A stretch of 64,000 bases of DNA from Roseomonas sp. (GTDB taxonomy: Bacteria > Pseudomonadota > Alphaproteobacteria > Acetobacterales > Acetobacteraceae). The notes under the pieces are model-generated. The model saw nothing but the letters and a program-made list of their open reading frames with translations, made no database searches and was not told the DNA's origin. A program made the position numbers and the translations under genes. Positions 46,832-55,784 of the stretch are shown one piece after another. The stretch covers positions 6,325 through 70,324 of the forward strand of contig JBIIRI010000001.1 in NCBI GenBank assembly GCA_044341625.1. The letters run 5' to 3'. The first letter of the stretch is position 1; each line of letters opens with the position of its first letter.

Positions 46832-47757
46832 TTCTTCTGCCTCGGGTCGAGAACGTCGCGCAGCCCGTCGCCCAGCAGGTTGAAGGCCAGGCTCACCACG
46901 AAGATCGCAAGCCCCGGGATCGTCGCGACCCACCACTGATCCAGGATGTAGCGCCGGCCGGAGGATACCATCGCCCCCCATTCCGCCATCGGCGGCTGCG
47001 CGCCGAGGCCGAGGAAGCCCAAGCCCGCCGCCGTCAGGATAATCCCCGCCATGTCCAGCGTGACCCGCACGGTGAGGGAGGAGACGCAGAGCGGCATCAC
47101 ATGCCGGAACAGGATGCGCCCCGTCCCCGCGCCCTGGATGCGCGCCACCGCGATGAAGTCGCTGTTGCGGATGGTCAGCGTCTCGGCCCGCGCGATACGG
47201 GCGTAAGGGGGCCAGGAGGTCAGCGCGATGGCGATAACCGCATTCTCGATCCCCGGGCCGAGTGCCGCGACGAAGGCCAGCGCCAGGATCAGGCTGGGGA
47301 AGGCCAGGAACACGTCGGTGACGCGCATCAGCGCCGCATCGACCCAGCCGCCGAGATAGCCCGCCGCTGTCCCGACGATCAGCCCGATGGGGGCCGCGAT
47401 CAGCGCCACCAGCACCACGATATAAAGCGTGATCCGCGCCCCGTAGATGAGGCGGGAGAAGATGTCGCGACCGAATTCGTCGGTGCCGAGCCAATGCCCC
47501 GCGCTGCCCGGCGGCAGCAGCCGCTGCGCCAGGTTCTGCTCATAGGGATTATGCGTCGCGATCCAGGGCGCGAAGACCGCGGCGAGCACCAGCGCCAGGA
47601 CGATGGCCAGCCCCAGCACCGCCAGCCGGTTGCGCTTGAATTGCAGCCAGCCGCGATAGACCTGGCCGAGCTTCGCCTGCCGCCGGGATCTCGGCGTGTC
47701 GGTCAGAAGCTGTGCGCGCCAGCCCTGCGGGGCGCTGTGGACGTCCGGTTGGGTCAT
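46828..47757 (-). CDS. Peptide ABC permease (DppC-like)
   Basis: [14 protein letters not shown]-like loop, LGFLGLG. Confidence 0.92.
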   Translation of the reverse strand: MTQPDVHSAPQGWRAQLLTDTPRSRRQAKLGQVYRGWLQFKRNRLAVLGLAIVLALVLAAVFAPWIATHNPYEQNLAQRLLPPGSAGHWLGTDEFGRDIFSRLIYGARITLYIVVLVALIAAPIGLIVGTAAGYLGGWVDAALMRVTDVFLAFPSLILALAFVAALGPGIENAVIAIALTSWPPYARIARAETLTIRNSDFIAVARIQGAGTGRILFRHVMPLCVSSLTVRVTLDMAGIILTAAGLGFLGLGAQPPMAEWGAMVSSGRRYILDQWWVATIPGLAIFVVSLAFNLLGDGLRDVLDPRQKK

Positions 47758-48764
47758 CGGGCCCTCGGGTCCAGCAGGCGGTAGAGCAGGTCGGACAGCA
47801 GGTTGATGCCGACGAAGACGAGGCCCACCACGATCGTCGCCCCGAGCACCGCGTTCATGTCGCCGGCCAGCAGCGCCGTGGTCAGGTAGCGGCCGAGGCC
47901 GGGCCAGGCGAAGACCGTCTCGGTCAGCACCGCGCCTTCCAGCAGCCGTGCATAGGACAGCGCGATCACGGTGACGAGCTGGACGGCGATGTTGCGCAGC
48001 GCGTGCACCCAGATGATCCGCGCTTCCGACACGCCCTTGGCGCGGGCGGTGACGACATATTCCTGGTTCAGCTGTTCCAGCATGAAGGACCGCGTCATGC
48101 GCGCGATGTAGGCTATGGAGAAATAGCCCAGCACCGCCGATGGCAGCACGACATGGCCGAAGGCGTTGCGGAACACCTCCCACTCGCCGGCGATCGCGGC
48201 ATCTACCAGGATCACGCCGGTCACGGTCGGCACCATGTCTTCGAAGAAGATGCCGAGCCGCCCTGGCCCCTGCACCCAGCCCAGTATGCCGTAGAAGACC
48301 AGCAGCCCGATGATGCCCAGCCAGAAGATCGGCACCGAATAGCCGACCAGCCCGATGACGCGCACCAGCTGGTCCGGCCAGCGATCCTGCCAGACCGCGC
48401 CCGCGATCCCCATCGGCACGCCGAGCACGACGCCGATGACGGTCGCGAAGGTCGCGAGTTCCAGCGTGGCGGGGAAGACGCGGCGGATGTCGTCGATCAC
48501 CGGGGCGTTGGTGACCAGCGACATGCCGAAATCCCCGGCCGCCATCTTCTTCACATACAGCCAGAACTGGACCCAGAGCGGCTGGTCGAGCCCGAGCTCG
48601 CGCCGCACCGCTTCATACACGTCGCGCGGCGCCTGGTCGCCGACCACGGCCAGCACCGGGTCGATCGGCACCACGCGGCCGATGAAGAAGGTCACCGCCA
48701 GCAGGCCGAGCAGCGTGAGGGCAACCTGCAGCAGGAAGCCCGGCGCCTGGCGCAGGGCGGTCAT
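47754..48764 (-). CDS. Peptide ABC permease (DppB-like)
   Basis: LGLDQPL, PATLEL, TARAKG, ETVFAWPGLG. Confidence 0.92.
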   Translation of the reverse strand: MTALRQAPGFLLQVALTLLGLLAVTFFIGRVVPIDPVLAVVGDQAPRDVYEAVRRELGLDQPLWVQFWLYVKKMAAGDFGMSLVTNAPVIDDIRRVFPATLELATFATVIGVVLGVPMGIAGAVWQDRWPDQLVRVIGLVGYSVPIFWLGIIGLLVFYGILGWVQGPGRLGIFFEDMVPTVTGVILVDAAIAGEWEVFRNAFGHVVLPSAVLGYFSIAYIARMTRSFMLEQLNQEYVVTARAKGVSEARIIWVHALRNIAVQLVTVIALSYARLLEGAVLTETVFAWPGLGRYLTTALLAGDMNAVLGATIVVGLVFVGINLLSDLLYRLLDPRAR

Positions 48765-48790
48765 GGATGCATCATTCCAACAATCAGCAC

Positions 48791-48998
48791 TGGCGGCGCG
48801 CCAAGGGCGCGCCGAGGCCGCGAATGCGGTCCGCGGCCGGTGCCGCGAAGCCAAGCGGCCGGAGGCCGCGCCCGGCGATTGAGGGCATCATCACGTCCTG
48901 GCGGCGCGCCAGAGGCGCGCCGAGGCCGCGAATGCGGCCCGCGGCCGGTGCCGCGAAGCCAAGCGGCCGGAGGCCGCGCCCGGCGATTGAGGGCATCA
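48791..48998 (-). repeat. Dispersed multi-hairpin repeat, tandem copies 3 and 4 (100-nt units, 108-nt period)
   Basis: 48791-48890 and 48899-48998 differ at about 3 positions; each reads TGATGCCCTCA... on the minus strand. Confidence 0.92.
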
Positions 48999-48999
48999 C

Positions 49000-50610
49000 T
49001 TATGTCTTGTTGGCGCGCCAGTAAATCGCCGAAAGGCCGGGCGAGCTGGCCATGTAGCCGGTCAGGTTGCTGCGGACCGCCACCTGCACCTGCTGCTGCG
49101 CGAAGACCGCGAAGGGGGAGGTGCCCATGAACTCCTCCTGGATCTGGCGATAGATCGCGGCGCGGGCATTCTGGTCGCGTTCCCGCATCGCGGCTTCGGT
49201 GCGCGCGGTCAGACCAGGGATGTTCCAGTTGTTGCGCCAGGTCAGCTTGCCGGGGTTGTTCGCGCCCGGCGGGTTATGCGCGAAGCTGTCGGCGTTGTAG
49301 TGCGGGTCGGGGTAGCCAAGGCCCCAGATGCCGATGAAGAGCTGGTGGTTGCGGGCGCGGAACTTCGCCAGCACCTGCGCGCCGGTGGCGGGCAGCACTT
49401 CCAGGGTCACGCCGCCACGGGCGAAGCTCGCCTGCAGCGCCTGCGCGACATCGAGGCTGGGGAAGGTGTTCGCCGTGTCGATGGCAAGGCGGATGCCGTT
49501 CGGATGTCCGGCTTCCGCCAGCAGCGCGCGGGCGCGCGTGGGGTCGAAGCGCCAGGGGCGGGCATCGACCTCGCCCAGGATGGCGCGGGGGATGAAGGAC
49601 TGGTGCGGGAAGACCTGGCCGGGCAGCAGGTTGTTCGCGATCCCGTCGTAATCCACCAGGTGCTTCAGCGCCTCGATCACCTTGGGGTTGGACAGGATCG
49701 GGTCGCCCATATTGGCGCTGAAATACTGGATGGTGCCGCGCGGGAATTCCTGGATCGTCAGCCCCGGCCGGCCACGCAGCGCCGTGATGTCCGTCGGCGT
49801 CAGGTTGCGCGCGACATCGACATCGCCGCGTTCCAGCAGCAGGCGCTGCGTCGCCGCTTCCGGCACATGGCGCACGATGACGCGCTGGAGGTTGGCGCGC
49901 CCGCGCCACCAGCTGTCGTTGCGGTCGAGCATGTAGCTCTCATTCGGCTGGTAGCGCGTCAGGCGATAGGCGCCGGAGCCAGCCGAGTTGCGGTTCAGCC
50001 AGGTGTTGCCGCGATCCTCGCCGGCATTCTGCTGCACCAGGCGGCTATCCACGACGGAGCCGATGGTCGCCGTGAACAGGTTCTGGATCAGGGTCGGCGC
50101 ATAGGCCTGGTCGAAGGTAACCTGCACCTCGAACTCGCCGGTCTGGCGCACGGTCTGCTCGATGTTGTCAGCCGTGAGCCCGACGGAGCGGTACATGAAG
50201 GCTGGCGTGCGGTTGATCTGCAGCGGCCGGCGCAGCGAGAAGACGACATCCGCCGCCGTCAGCGCATTCCCCGAATGGAAGCGCACGCCCTGGCGGATGC
50301 GGAAGGTAAAGGTCCGCCCGTCTTCCGAGATGGTGAAGGATTCCGCAAGGCCGGGCAGCAATTCGGCCGTCGGCTTGGTCTCATCGATGATGAAGAGCTG
50401 GTCGTAGACGTTCTTCAGCAGGTCGGAGCCCGTCACCTCGAAGGAGTGGTGCGGGTCAAGCGCGACGAGATCGTCGATCTGCGCCGCGATCACCAGCGCG
50501 TTGCGCGGCGTCGCCTGGGCTTCAGCGCGGCGCGTGCCGGGCAGGGCGGCGACGGCGAGCGCGGCGGCGCCGCCGGTCAGCAGGGCGCGCTTGGGCAGGC
50601 GGGGCGTCAT
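49000..50610 (-). CDS. Peptide ABC substrate-binding protein (DppA-like)
   Basis: Tat leader KRALL, LDPH, LAESF, FHSGN. Confidence 0.92.
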   Translation of the reverse strand: MTPRLPKRALLTGGAAALAVAALPGTRRAEAQATPRNALVIAAQIDDLVALDPHHSFEVTGSDLLKNVYDQLFIIDETKPTAELLPGLAESFTISEDGRTFTFRIRQGVRFHSGNALTAADVVFSLRRPLQINRTPAFMYRSVGLTADNIEQTVRQTGEFEVQVTFDQAYAPTLIQNLFTATIGSVVDSRLVQQNAGEDRGNTWLNRNSAGSGAYRLTRYQPNESYMLDRNDSWWRGRANLQRVIVRHVPEAATQRLLLERGDVDVARNLTPTDITALRGRPGLTIQEFPRGTIQYFSANMGDPILSNPKVIEALKHLVDYDGIANNLLPGQVFPHQSFIPRAILGEVDARPWRFDPTRARALLAEAGHPNGIRLAIDTANTFPSLDVAQALQASFARGGVTLEVLPATGAQVLAKFRARNHQLFIGIWGLGYPDPHYNADSFAHNPPGANNPGKLTWRNNWNIPGLTARTEAAMRERDQNARAAIYRQIQEEFMGTSPFAVFAQQQVQVAVRSNLTGYMASSPGLSAIYWRANKT

Positions 50611-50704
50611 GGCGGAAGGCTCCGGGGATCTCTATCCGGCCTATCTCGCGTTCCGCCAAGCCGCCTGTCAACCAGACGGGACGTGCGGTCAGCCGTCCGG
50701 CGGC

Positions 50705-51718
50705 CTAATCGTATCGCAGATCCAGCGCCTTGCCGCCGAAGATGCGCCAGGCCAGCACGGTGTAGGCCAGGATCACCGGCAGCACGAAGGCCGCGCCGAT
50801 CAGGATCAACGAAAGGCTCTCCGGCGCGCTCGCGGCTTGGAACAGCGTGAGGCGTTCGGGGACGATGTAGGGGAAGAAGGACCAGGCGAGCCCCGCGAAA
50901 GACAGGCAGAACAGCGCGACCGCCGCCCAGAACGGAACCCGCCGCAGCGCATCGCCCGGCAGCGGCATGTGCCGCAGCAGCGAAGCAAGCCCGATCACCA
51001 GCGCGGCGGTGGCCAGCGGCAGCGGTGCCAACAGCAGGAAATTCGGCATCTCGAACCACCGCGCCATGATGCGCGGGGAGGCCAGCGGGGTCGCCAGCGA
51101 CACGCCGACAATACCGGCCGCCACCACCCACAGCGTCCCGCGCGCCCAGGCCACGGCCCGCTTCTGCAGCGCTCCCTCGGTCCGCCAGATCAGCCAGCAG
51201 GCGCCGATGAAGGCATAGGCCGCCGCGACGCCAAGGGCGGATAGCAGCGCGAACAGCAGCGCGCCCCAGCCTTCCGCGAAGCCCAGCACATAGCGGCCGA
51301 GCATCCATCCCTGCGTCAGCGCCGCCAGTGCCGATCCGCCGGCAAACGCCATGTCCCAACGGCGCTTGTCGGTCGCGCTGCCGGCCTTGGCGCGGAATTC
51401 GAACGCCACGCCGCGCAGCGTCAGCCCCACCAGCATCAGCGCCACCGGCAGGTAGAGCGCTGTCAGCACCATCCCATGCGCCACCGGGAAGGCGACCAGC
51501 AGCAGCCCAACGCCCAGCACCAGCCAGGTCTCGTTCGCGTCCCAGAAAGGCCCGATCGAGGCGACCATGCGGTCGCGCTCCGCCACATCGGGCGTGGCCT
51601 TCAGCAGCAGCCCGACGCCGAGGTCGTAGCCGTCCAGCACGACATAGGCGAGGATCGAGACGGCCATCAGACCAGCGAAGACCAGCGCCAGCGTCTCGGG
51701 CGGAAGGAAGGGCGTCAT
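50705..51718 (-). CDS. cydB: Cytochrome bd ubiquinol oxidase subunit II
   Basis: LDGYDLGVG, IGPFWDANETWLV, RGVAFEFR. Confidence 0.95.
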   Translation of the reverse strand: MTPFLPPETLALVFAGLMAVSILAYVVLDGYDLGVGLLLKATPDVAERDRMVASIGPFWDANETWLVLGVGLLLVAFPVAHGMVLTALYLPVALMLVGLTLRGVAFEFRAKAGSATDKRRWDMAFAGGSALAALTQGWMLGRYVLGFAEGWGALLFALLSALGVAAAYAFIGACWLIWRTEGALQKRAVAWARGTLWVVAAGIVGVSLATPLASPRIMARWFEMPNFLLLAPLPLATAALVIGLASLLRHMPLPGDALRRVPFWAAVALFCLSFAGLAWSFFPYIVPERLTLFQAASAPESLSLILIGAAFVLPVILAYTVLAWRIFGGKALDLRYD

Positions 51719-51725
51719 CGCGGCG

Positions 51726-53063
51726 TCACGCGGTCTGCGGCAGCGGCGCGTTCGCAGGCGTCGCTTCCACCAGCCGCCCCTTCGCCGCCAGGCGGAACAG
51801 TGCGGCGATATAGGCCGCGAGCAGCCCGGCATAGAGCAGCAGGTACATGACCAGCGTGCTCGCGACACTGCCCGCCGGCACCGGGCCGACCGCATCCGCC
51901 GTGGTCAGCACGCCGGTGACCAGCCAGGGCTGGCGCCCGATCTCGGTCACGTACCAGCCGGCGAGCGTCGCGATCCATCCGGCGAAGGTCATGGCGACGA
52001 AGCCGCGCAGCAGCAGGGTGGGCAGCGTGCCGCGCCGCCACAGGAACCATGCGCCCGCCAGGCCCAGCGCGATCATGGCCATGCCGACGCCGACCATGAT
52101 GCGGAAGGCGTAGAAGACCGGCGCGACGGGCGGATGCTTGCCGACGAAATCGTTCAGCCCGGGGACCACGCCATCGGCGCGATGCGTCAGGATCAGGCTG
52201 GCGCCGGAGGGGATCGAGATCTCGAACCGGTTCTCGCGCGCCGCTTCGTCCGGGATGGCGAAGAGGACCAGCGGCACATGGCCCCGCGTCTCCCAATTGC
52301 CTTCCATCGCCGCCACCTTGGCGGGCTGGTGTTCCAGCGTGTTGAGCCCGTGCAGGTCGCCCACCACAAGCTGGGTCGGCGCCAGCACGGCGGCCATCAC
52401 CACGCCCGTCCGCAGCGCCGCCTGCACCGCCGGCGCGCGATCCCCGCGCAGCCACCGCCAGGCCGAGATGCCGGCGATCAGGAAGGCGCAGGTGAGGCCG
52501 GATGCGATCAGCATATGGGCCAGGCGATACGGCAGGGACGGGGTGAACACGATCGCCCACCAATCCGTCGCGTGCACGATGCCATCGCGCAGCTCATAGC
52601 CGGCGGGCGTGTGCATCCAGGAATTCAGCACCAGGATCCAGAAGGCGCTCATCGTGGTGCCGAAGGCGACCAGCACGGTCGCTGTCGTATGCACCCAGCC
52701 CGGCACGCGGCGGAAGCCGAACAGCATGATGCCGAGGAAGGTCGCCTCCAGAAAGAAGGCGGTCAGCACCTCATAGGCCAGCAGGGGGCCTGCGACATTG
52801 CCGACCTTTTCCATGAAGCCCGGCCAGTTGGTGCCGAACTGGAAGCTCATCGTGATGCCGGAGACGACCCCAAGCGCGAAGGATAGCGCGAAGATCTTCA
52901 CCCAGAAGCGGTAGGCCTCCATCCACTTCTCGTCGCGCGTGGCGTTGAAGCGCAGCTTGAAGAACAGCAGCACCCAGCCCAGCGCGATGGTGATCGTCGG
53001 GAACAGGATGTGGAAGGAGATGTTCGCCGCGAATTGGATGCGGGCAAGGAGCAGCGCTTCCAT
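51726..53063 (-). CDS. cydA: Cytochrome bd ubiquinol oxidase subunit I (short Q-loop, CioA-like)
   Basis: FHILF, QFGTNW, QPAKVAAMEG, RIMVG, GWYVTEIGRQPW. Confidence 0.95.
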   Translation of the reverse strand: MEALLLARIQFAANISFHILFPTITIALGWVLLFFKLRFNATRDEKWMEAYRFWVKIFALSFALGVVSGITMSFQFGTNWPGFMEKVGNVAGPLLAYEVLTAFFLEATFLGIMLFGFRRVPGWVHTTATVLVAFGTTMSAFWILVLNSWMHTPAGYELRDGIVHATDWWAIVFTPSLPYRLAHMLIASGLTCAFLIAGISAWRWLRGDRAPAVQAALRTGVVMAAVLAPTQLVVGDLHGLNTLEHQPAKVAAMEGNWETRGHVPLVLFAIPDEAARENRFEISIPSGASLILTHRADGVVPGLNDFVGKHPPVAPVFYAFRIMVGVGMAMIALGLAGAWFLWRRGTLPTLLLRGFVAMTFAGWIATLAGWYVTEIGRQPWLVTGVLTTADAVGPVPAGSVASTLVMYLLLYAGLLAAYIAALFRLAAKGRLVEATPANAPLPQTA

Positions 53064-53070
53064 CGGATGA

Positions 53071-53634
53071 TCAGTCCTTCTTCTTCCGGCGACCGAGCGA
53101 GACGACCTTGTCCGTCACCTCCACCAGCCGCGCGACGCGGGAGCCGAGCGCGAGAAGCTGCGCAAGTCGCTCCGTCTCCAGCCGCTTGACCTCGTCGTAC
53201 CAGGTGGTGAGTTGCTCGATCAGGCCGTGCATCTCGCTCATGCGGGCCTGGGCGTGGCGCTCCGCCTCGCTCGCCGGGGCCTGCATCAGCAATTCGCGCA
53301 GCACGGACAGCGTCGGGTCCACCTCTCGCTTCTTCCGTTCCTCCGCCAGCACGCGGAGGATCTCCCACACGTCGCCGGGCGTGGTGAAATGGTCGCGCCG
53401 GTCATCCGGCACATGCTTCGCGCGCACCAGGTTCCAGGCCTGCAATTCGCGGAGGCCCATCGAGACGTTGGACCGCGACACGCCCAGCGCATCCACGATG
53501 TGGTCGGCGTTCAGCGGCGTAGGGGAGACGTAGAGCAGCGCATAGATCTGCCCGACGGTGCGGTTGATGCCCCATCGGCTGCCCATTTCCCCGAAATGCA
53601 GCACGAAGGCCTGGATGAGGGGGGGAAGATTCAT
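53071..53634 (-). CDS. GbsR/MarR-family transcriptional regulator (CydE-like)
   Basis: FGEMGSRWGINRTVGQIY, SRSNVSMGLREL..W; first gene of the cydAB operon. Confidence 0.88.
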   Translation of the reverse strand: MNLPPLIQAFVLHFGEMGSRWGINRTVGQIYALLYVSPTPLNADHIVDALGVSRSNVSMGLRELQAWNLVRAKHVPDDRRDHFTTPGDVWEILRVLAEERKKREVDPTLSVLRELLMQAPASEAERHAQARMSEMHGLIEQLTTWYDEVKRLETERLAQLLALGSRVARLVEVTDKVVSLGRRKKKD

Positions 53635-53665
53635 GGCGGGCGGCCTGGGATCCTGCTGTGCCGTA

Positions 53666-53685
53666 ATTTCAGAAATTTCTGAAAT
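53666..53685. promoter_or_regulatory. Perfect 20-bp palindrome, putative operator of the GbsR-type regulator
   Basis: ATTTCAGAAATTTCTGAAAT, AT-rich in a GC-rich genome, 31 nt upstream of the regulator ATG. Confidence 0.7.
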
Positions 53686-53802
53686 AACAGGTAGCGCGCT
53701 CCGCCCGCCTGATCAAGTCGGGAATGTTGCCTGACCCCCATCTGGCCCGGCGCGACGGGCGGACGCATGATCGGCACGACGCCCAGGACACCGCACCACG
53801 CC

Positions 53803-54630
53803 ATGACCCAGCCCGATATCGCGCTTGCCCGCAGCATCCTTTTCGTGCCCGGCCACCGGCCCGACCGCTTCGAGAAGGCGCTGGCCACCGGCGCCGATGC
53901 CGTGGTGATCGACCTGGAGGACGCCGTGCCCCCGGCCGAAAAGGCGGCGGCCCGTGCCGCCGTGCTCGCCCGCCCGGCCGCGCCGGCCGGCGTCGCACTC
54001 GGCATCCGGATGAATCCCCTGCCGACGCCGGAAGGTATCGCGGACCTCGCCGCGCTGCTCGGCGCCGCGGCGCCCGATTTCCTGATGCTGCCGAAGACCG
54101 AGGCGGCGGAGGAACTGCGGATCGTCCACCGCGCCTTCGCCCGCCATTCCCGCGCCCCGCAGCTGGTCGCGCTGATCGAGAGCGCCGAAGGCCTCTCGCG
54201 CGCCGGCGCCATCGCCGCCGAGGATGGCTGCGCCTCACTCGGCTTCGGCGGTGTCGATCTCGCCGCCGATCTCGGCTGCCAGGTGGCGTGGGAACCGCTG
54301 CTGATGGCGCGCGCGACGCTCGTTGCCGCCGCCGCGCGTGCCGGGCGCGGGCTGGTGGATGTGCCCTTCCTGGCGCTGGATGACGAGGCGGGGCTGGCGG
54401 AGGAGACGCGGCGCGTGCAGGCGCTGGGCTTCACCGGGAAGCTTGCGATCCATCCGCGCCAGGTCGCGACCATTCAATCCGTGCTGACGCCCAGCCCCGA
54501 GCAGGTCGCCTGGGCGCGCCGGGTGATCGCGGCCTTCGAGGCCGCCGCCGGTGGGGTCTGTGTGGTGGATGGCAAGATGGTGGATGTGCCGGTCCAGCGC
54601 GCCGCGCTGCGGGTGCTGGCCCGCGCCTGA
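53803..54630 (+). CDS. CitE/HpcH family CoA-ester lyase (citramalyl/malyl-CoA lyase-like)
   Basis: RSILFVPG, IDLEDAV, MLPK, LIESA, GKLAIHPRQ, DGKMVD. Confidence 0.9.
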   Translation: MTQPDIALARSILFVPGHRPDRFEKALATGADAVVIDLEDAVPPAEKAAARAAVLARPAAPAGVALGIRMNPLPTPEGIADLAALLGAAAPDFLMLPKTEAAEELRIVHRAFARHSRAPQLVALIESAEGLSRAGAIAAEDGCASLGFGGVDLAADLGCQVAWEPLLMARATLVAAAARAGRGLVDVPFLALDDEAGLAEETRRVQALGFTGKLAIHPRQVATIQSVLTPSPEQVAWARRVIAAFEAAAGGVCVVDGKMVDVPVQRAALRVLARA

Positions 54631-54680
54631 TCCTCGCGGGCGGGATCACGCCCGCAAGCTTCGGACCCACGCCGCTTGAA

Positions 54681-54776
54681 CCCTCTCCCCCCGACGGGGG
54701 CGAGGTTCGACGCATAGCGTCGAACGCCGAAGTCGCGGCGATGTATCGCCGCATACGCAGGCTGGCAGGGTGAGGA
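54681..54776. repeat. REP-like element with an internal double-hairpin insert
   Basis: CCCTCTCCCCCCGACGGGGGCGAGG...GGGTGAGG, as at 26556, plus TTCGACGC/GCGTCGAA and GCGGCGAT/ATCGCCGC stems. Confidence 0.6.
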
Positions 54777-54842
54777 GGGACCCGCAGAATAGCCGGAACC
54801 TGCGGCAGAGACGACAGCACCGCGCCTCGCGGCGCCCGGCCG

Positions 54843-55541
54843 CTACGGCCTGACGGTCGCCGTCGGCATCCCGCGTGCAGTTCGGGACTCGAACACCTGT
54901 TCCAGCCGCAGCGCCCAGGCCTGGGAAGCGCTGGGGCGCACGCCGCCCACATCGCACATCCGATCCAGCAGCCCGACCGCGAGGTCCCACAGCCGGTCCG
55001 CCTCACGGGGGTCGGTCGTCTCCCGCGCCGCGCGGGCCAGCAGGCGCCCGACGGAGCCCGCGGCGGCGATGGCGCGGGCCATGTCGGTGCCGTCGGCCAG
55101 CGCGACCGCGCGGTCCATCATCCATTCCGCCTCGCGTTCCAGCCGGCGCATGCCGAGCAGGGACCACACCCGCCACAGCGCGCCCGAAAAGCGCCGCGTC
55201 TGCGCCGCCGGCCTGCCCCCGCCCAGCTTCGGCAGGATTTCCTGCGACAGGGCCTGGCGGAGCAATTCGGCGCGCACCGTATCCTGCCCGTCCTGCGTGC
55301 CGAGGATGCGCGGCGCGAAGGGCTTCAGGCGCTGGCGCACCGTATGCGGCATGTTGTCGTTCAGCGGGATCGCAAAGGCGCGGATCAGCGGCGACGCGCA
55401 GGCGGGGCTGTCGGTGTGTTCCTCCCCCGCCAGGCAGGCGACCAGCGACATCACGCACATGCGCCCGGCATCGCGTGTGCCGACGCCGGTAACCAGTTCG
55501 ACGCGCTCGAGCGCCCGCTCGAGCCGGAGATCGAGGTGCAT
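54843..55541 (-). CDS. Hypothetical protein with a CVMS..GEEHTD.PAC motif
   Basis: Clean ORF; GGAGG 9 nt before the ATG; Cys/His/Asp-rich N-terminal motif. Confidence 0.7.
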   Translation of the reverse strand: MHLDLRLERALERVELVTGVGTRDAGRMCVMSLVACLAGEEHTDSPACASPLIRAFAIPLNDNMPHTVRQRLKPFAPRILGTQDGQDTVRAELLRQALSQEILPKLGGGRPAAQTRRFSGALWRVWSLLGMRRLEREAEWMMDRAVALADGTDMARAIAAAGSVGRLLARAARETTDPREADRLWDLAVGLLDRMCDVGGVRPSASQAWALRLEQVFESRTARGMPTATVRP

Positions 55542-55636
55542 GCGGACCATCCTCCATGCAGCCGCGGCGGATGCGGCTGGATCAGCGGCGACGCCCCCGC
55601 TACCCACCAACCTCCGACGAGGGTGCCCGCGGCATC

Positions 55637-55662
55637 AATGCACGAGACCGGCATCGCGTTCC
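55637..55662 (-). promoter_or_regulatory. Possible EcfG promoter GGAAC-N17-CATT
   Basis: Fits GGAAC-N19-TT upstream of the hypothetical gene. Confidence 0.4.
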
Positions 55663-55784
55663 CGCGCGCCGCCCGTCCCGGCCGTGCCAGGCGCCGCGCG
55701 GTGCGTCACATCGCGGCGACGGACCGGCGGCCTCGCGCCGGGGCAAGGCCAATGCTCTACTCGGCGGGACAGGAGCGCACCCCG

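Noticed and set aside
48791-48998. Tandem repeat as a CRISPR array
   Set aside because: Units are 100 nt with only an 8-nt linker, there are no unique spacers, and no cas genes are present.
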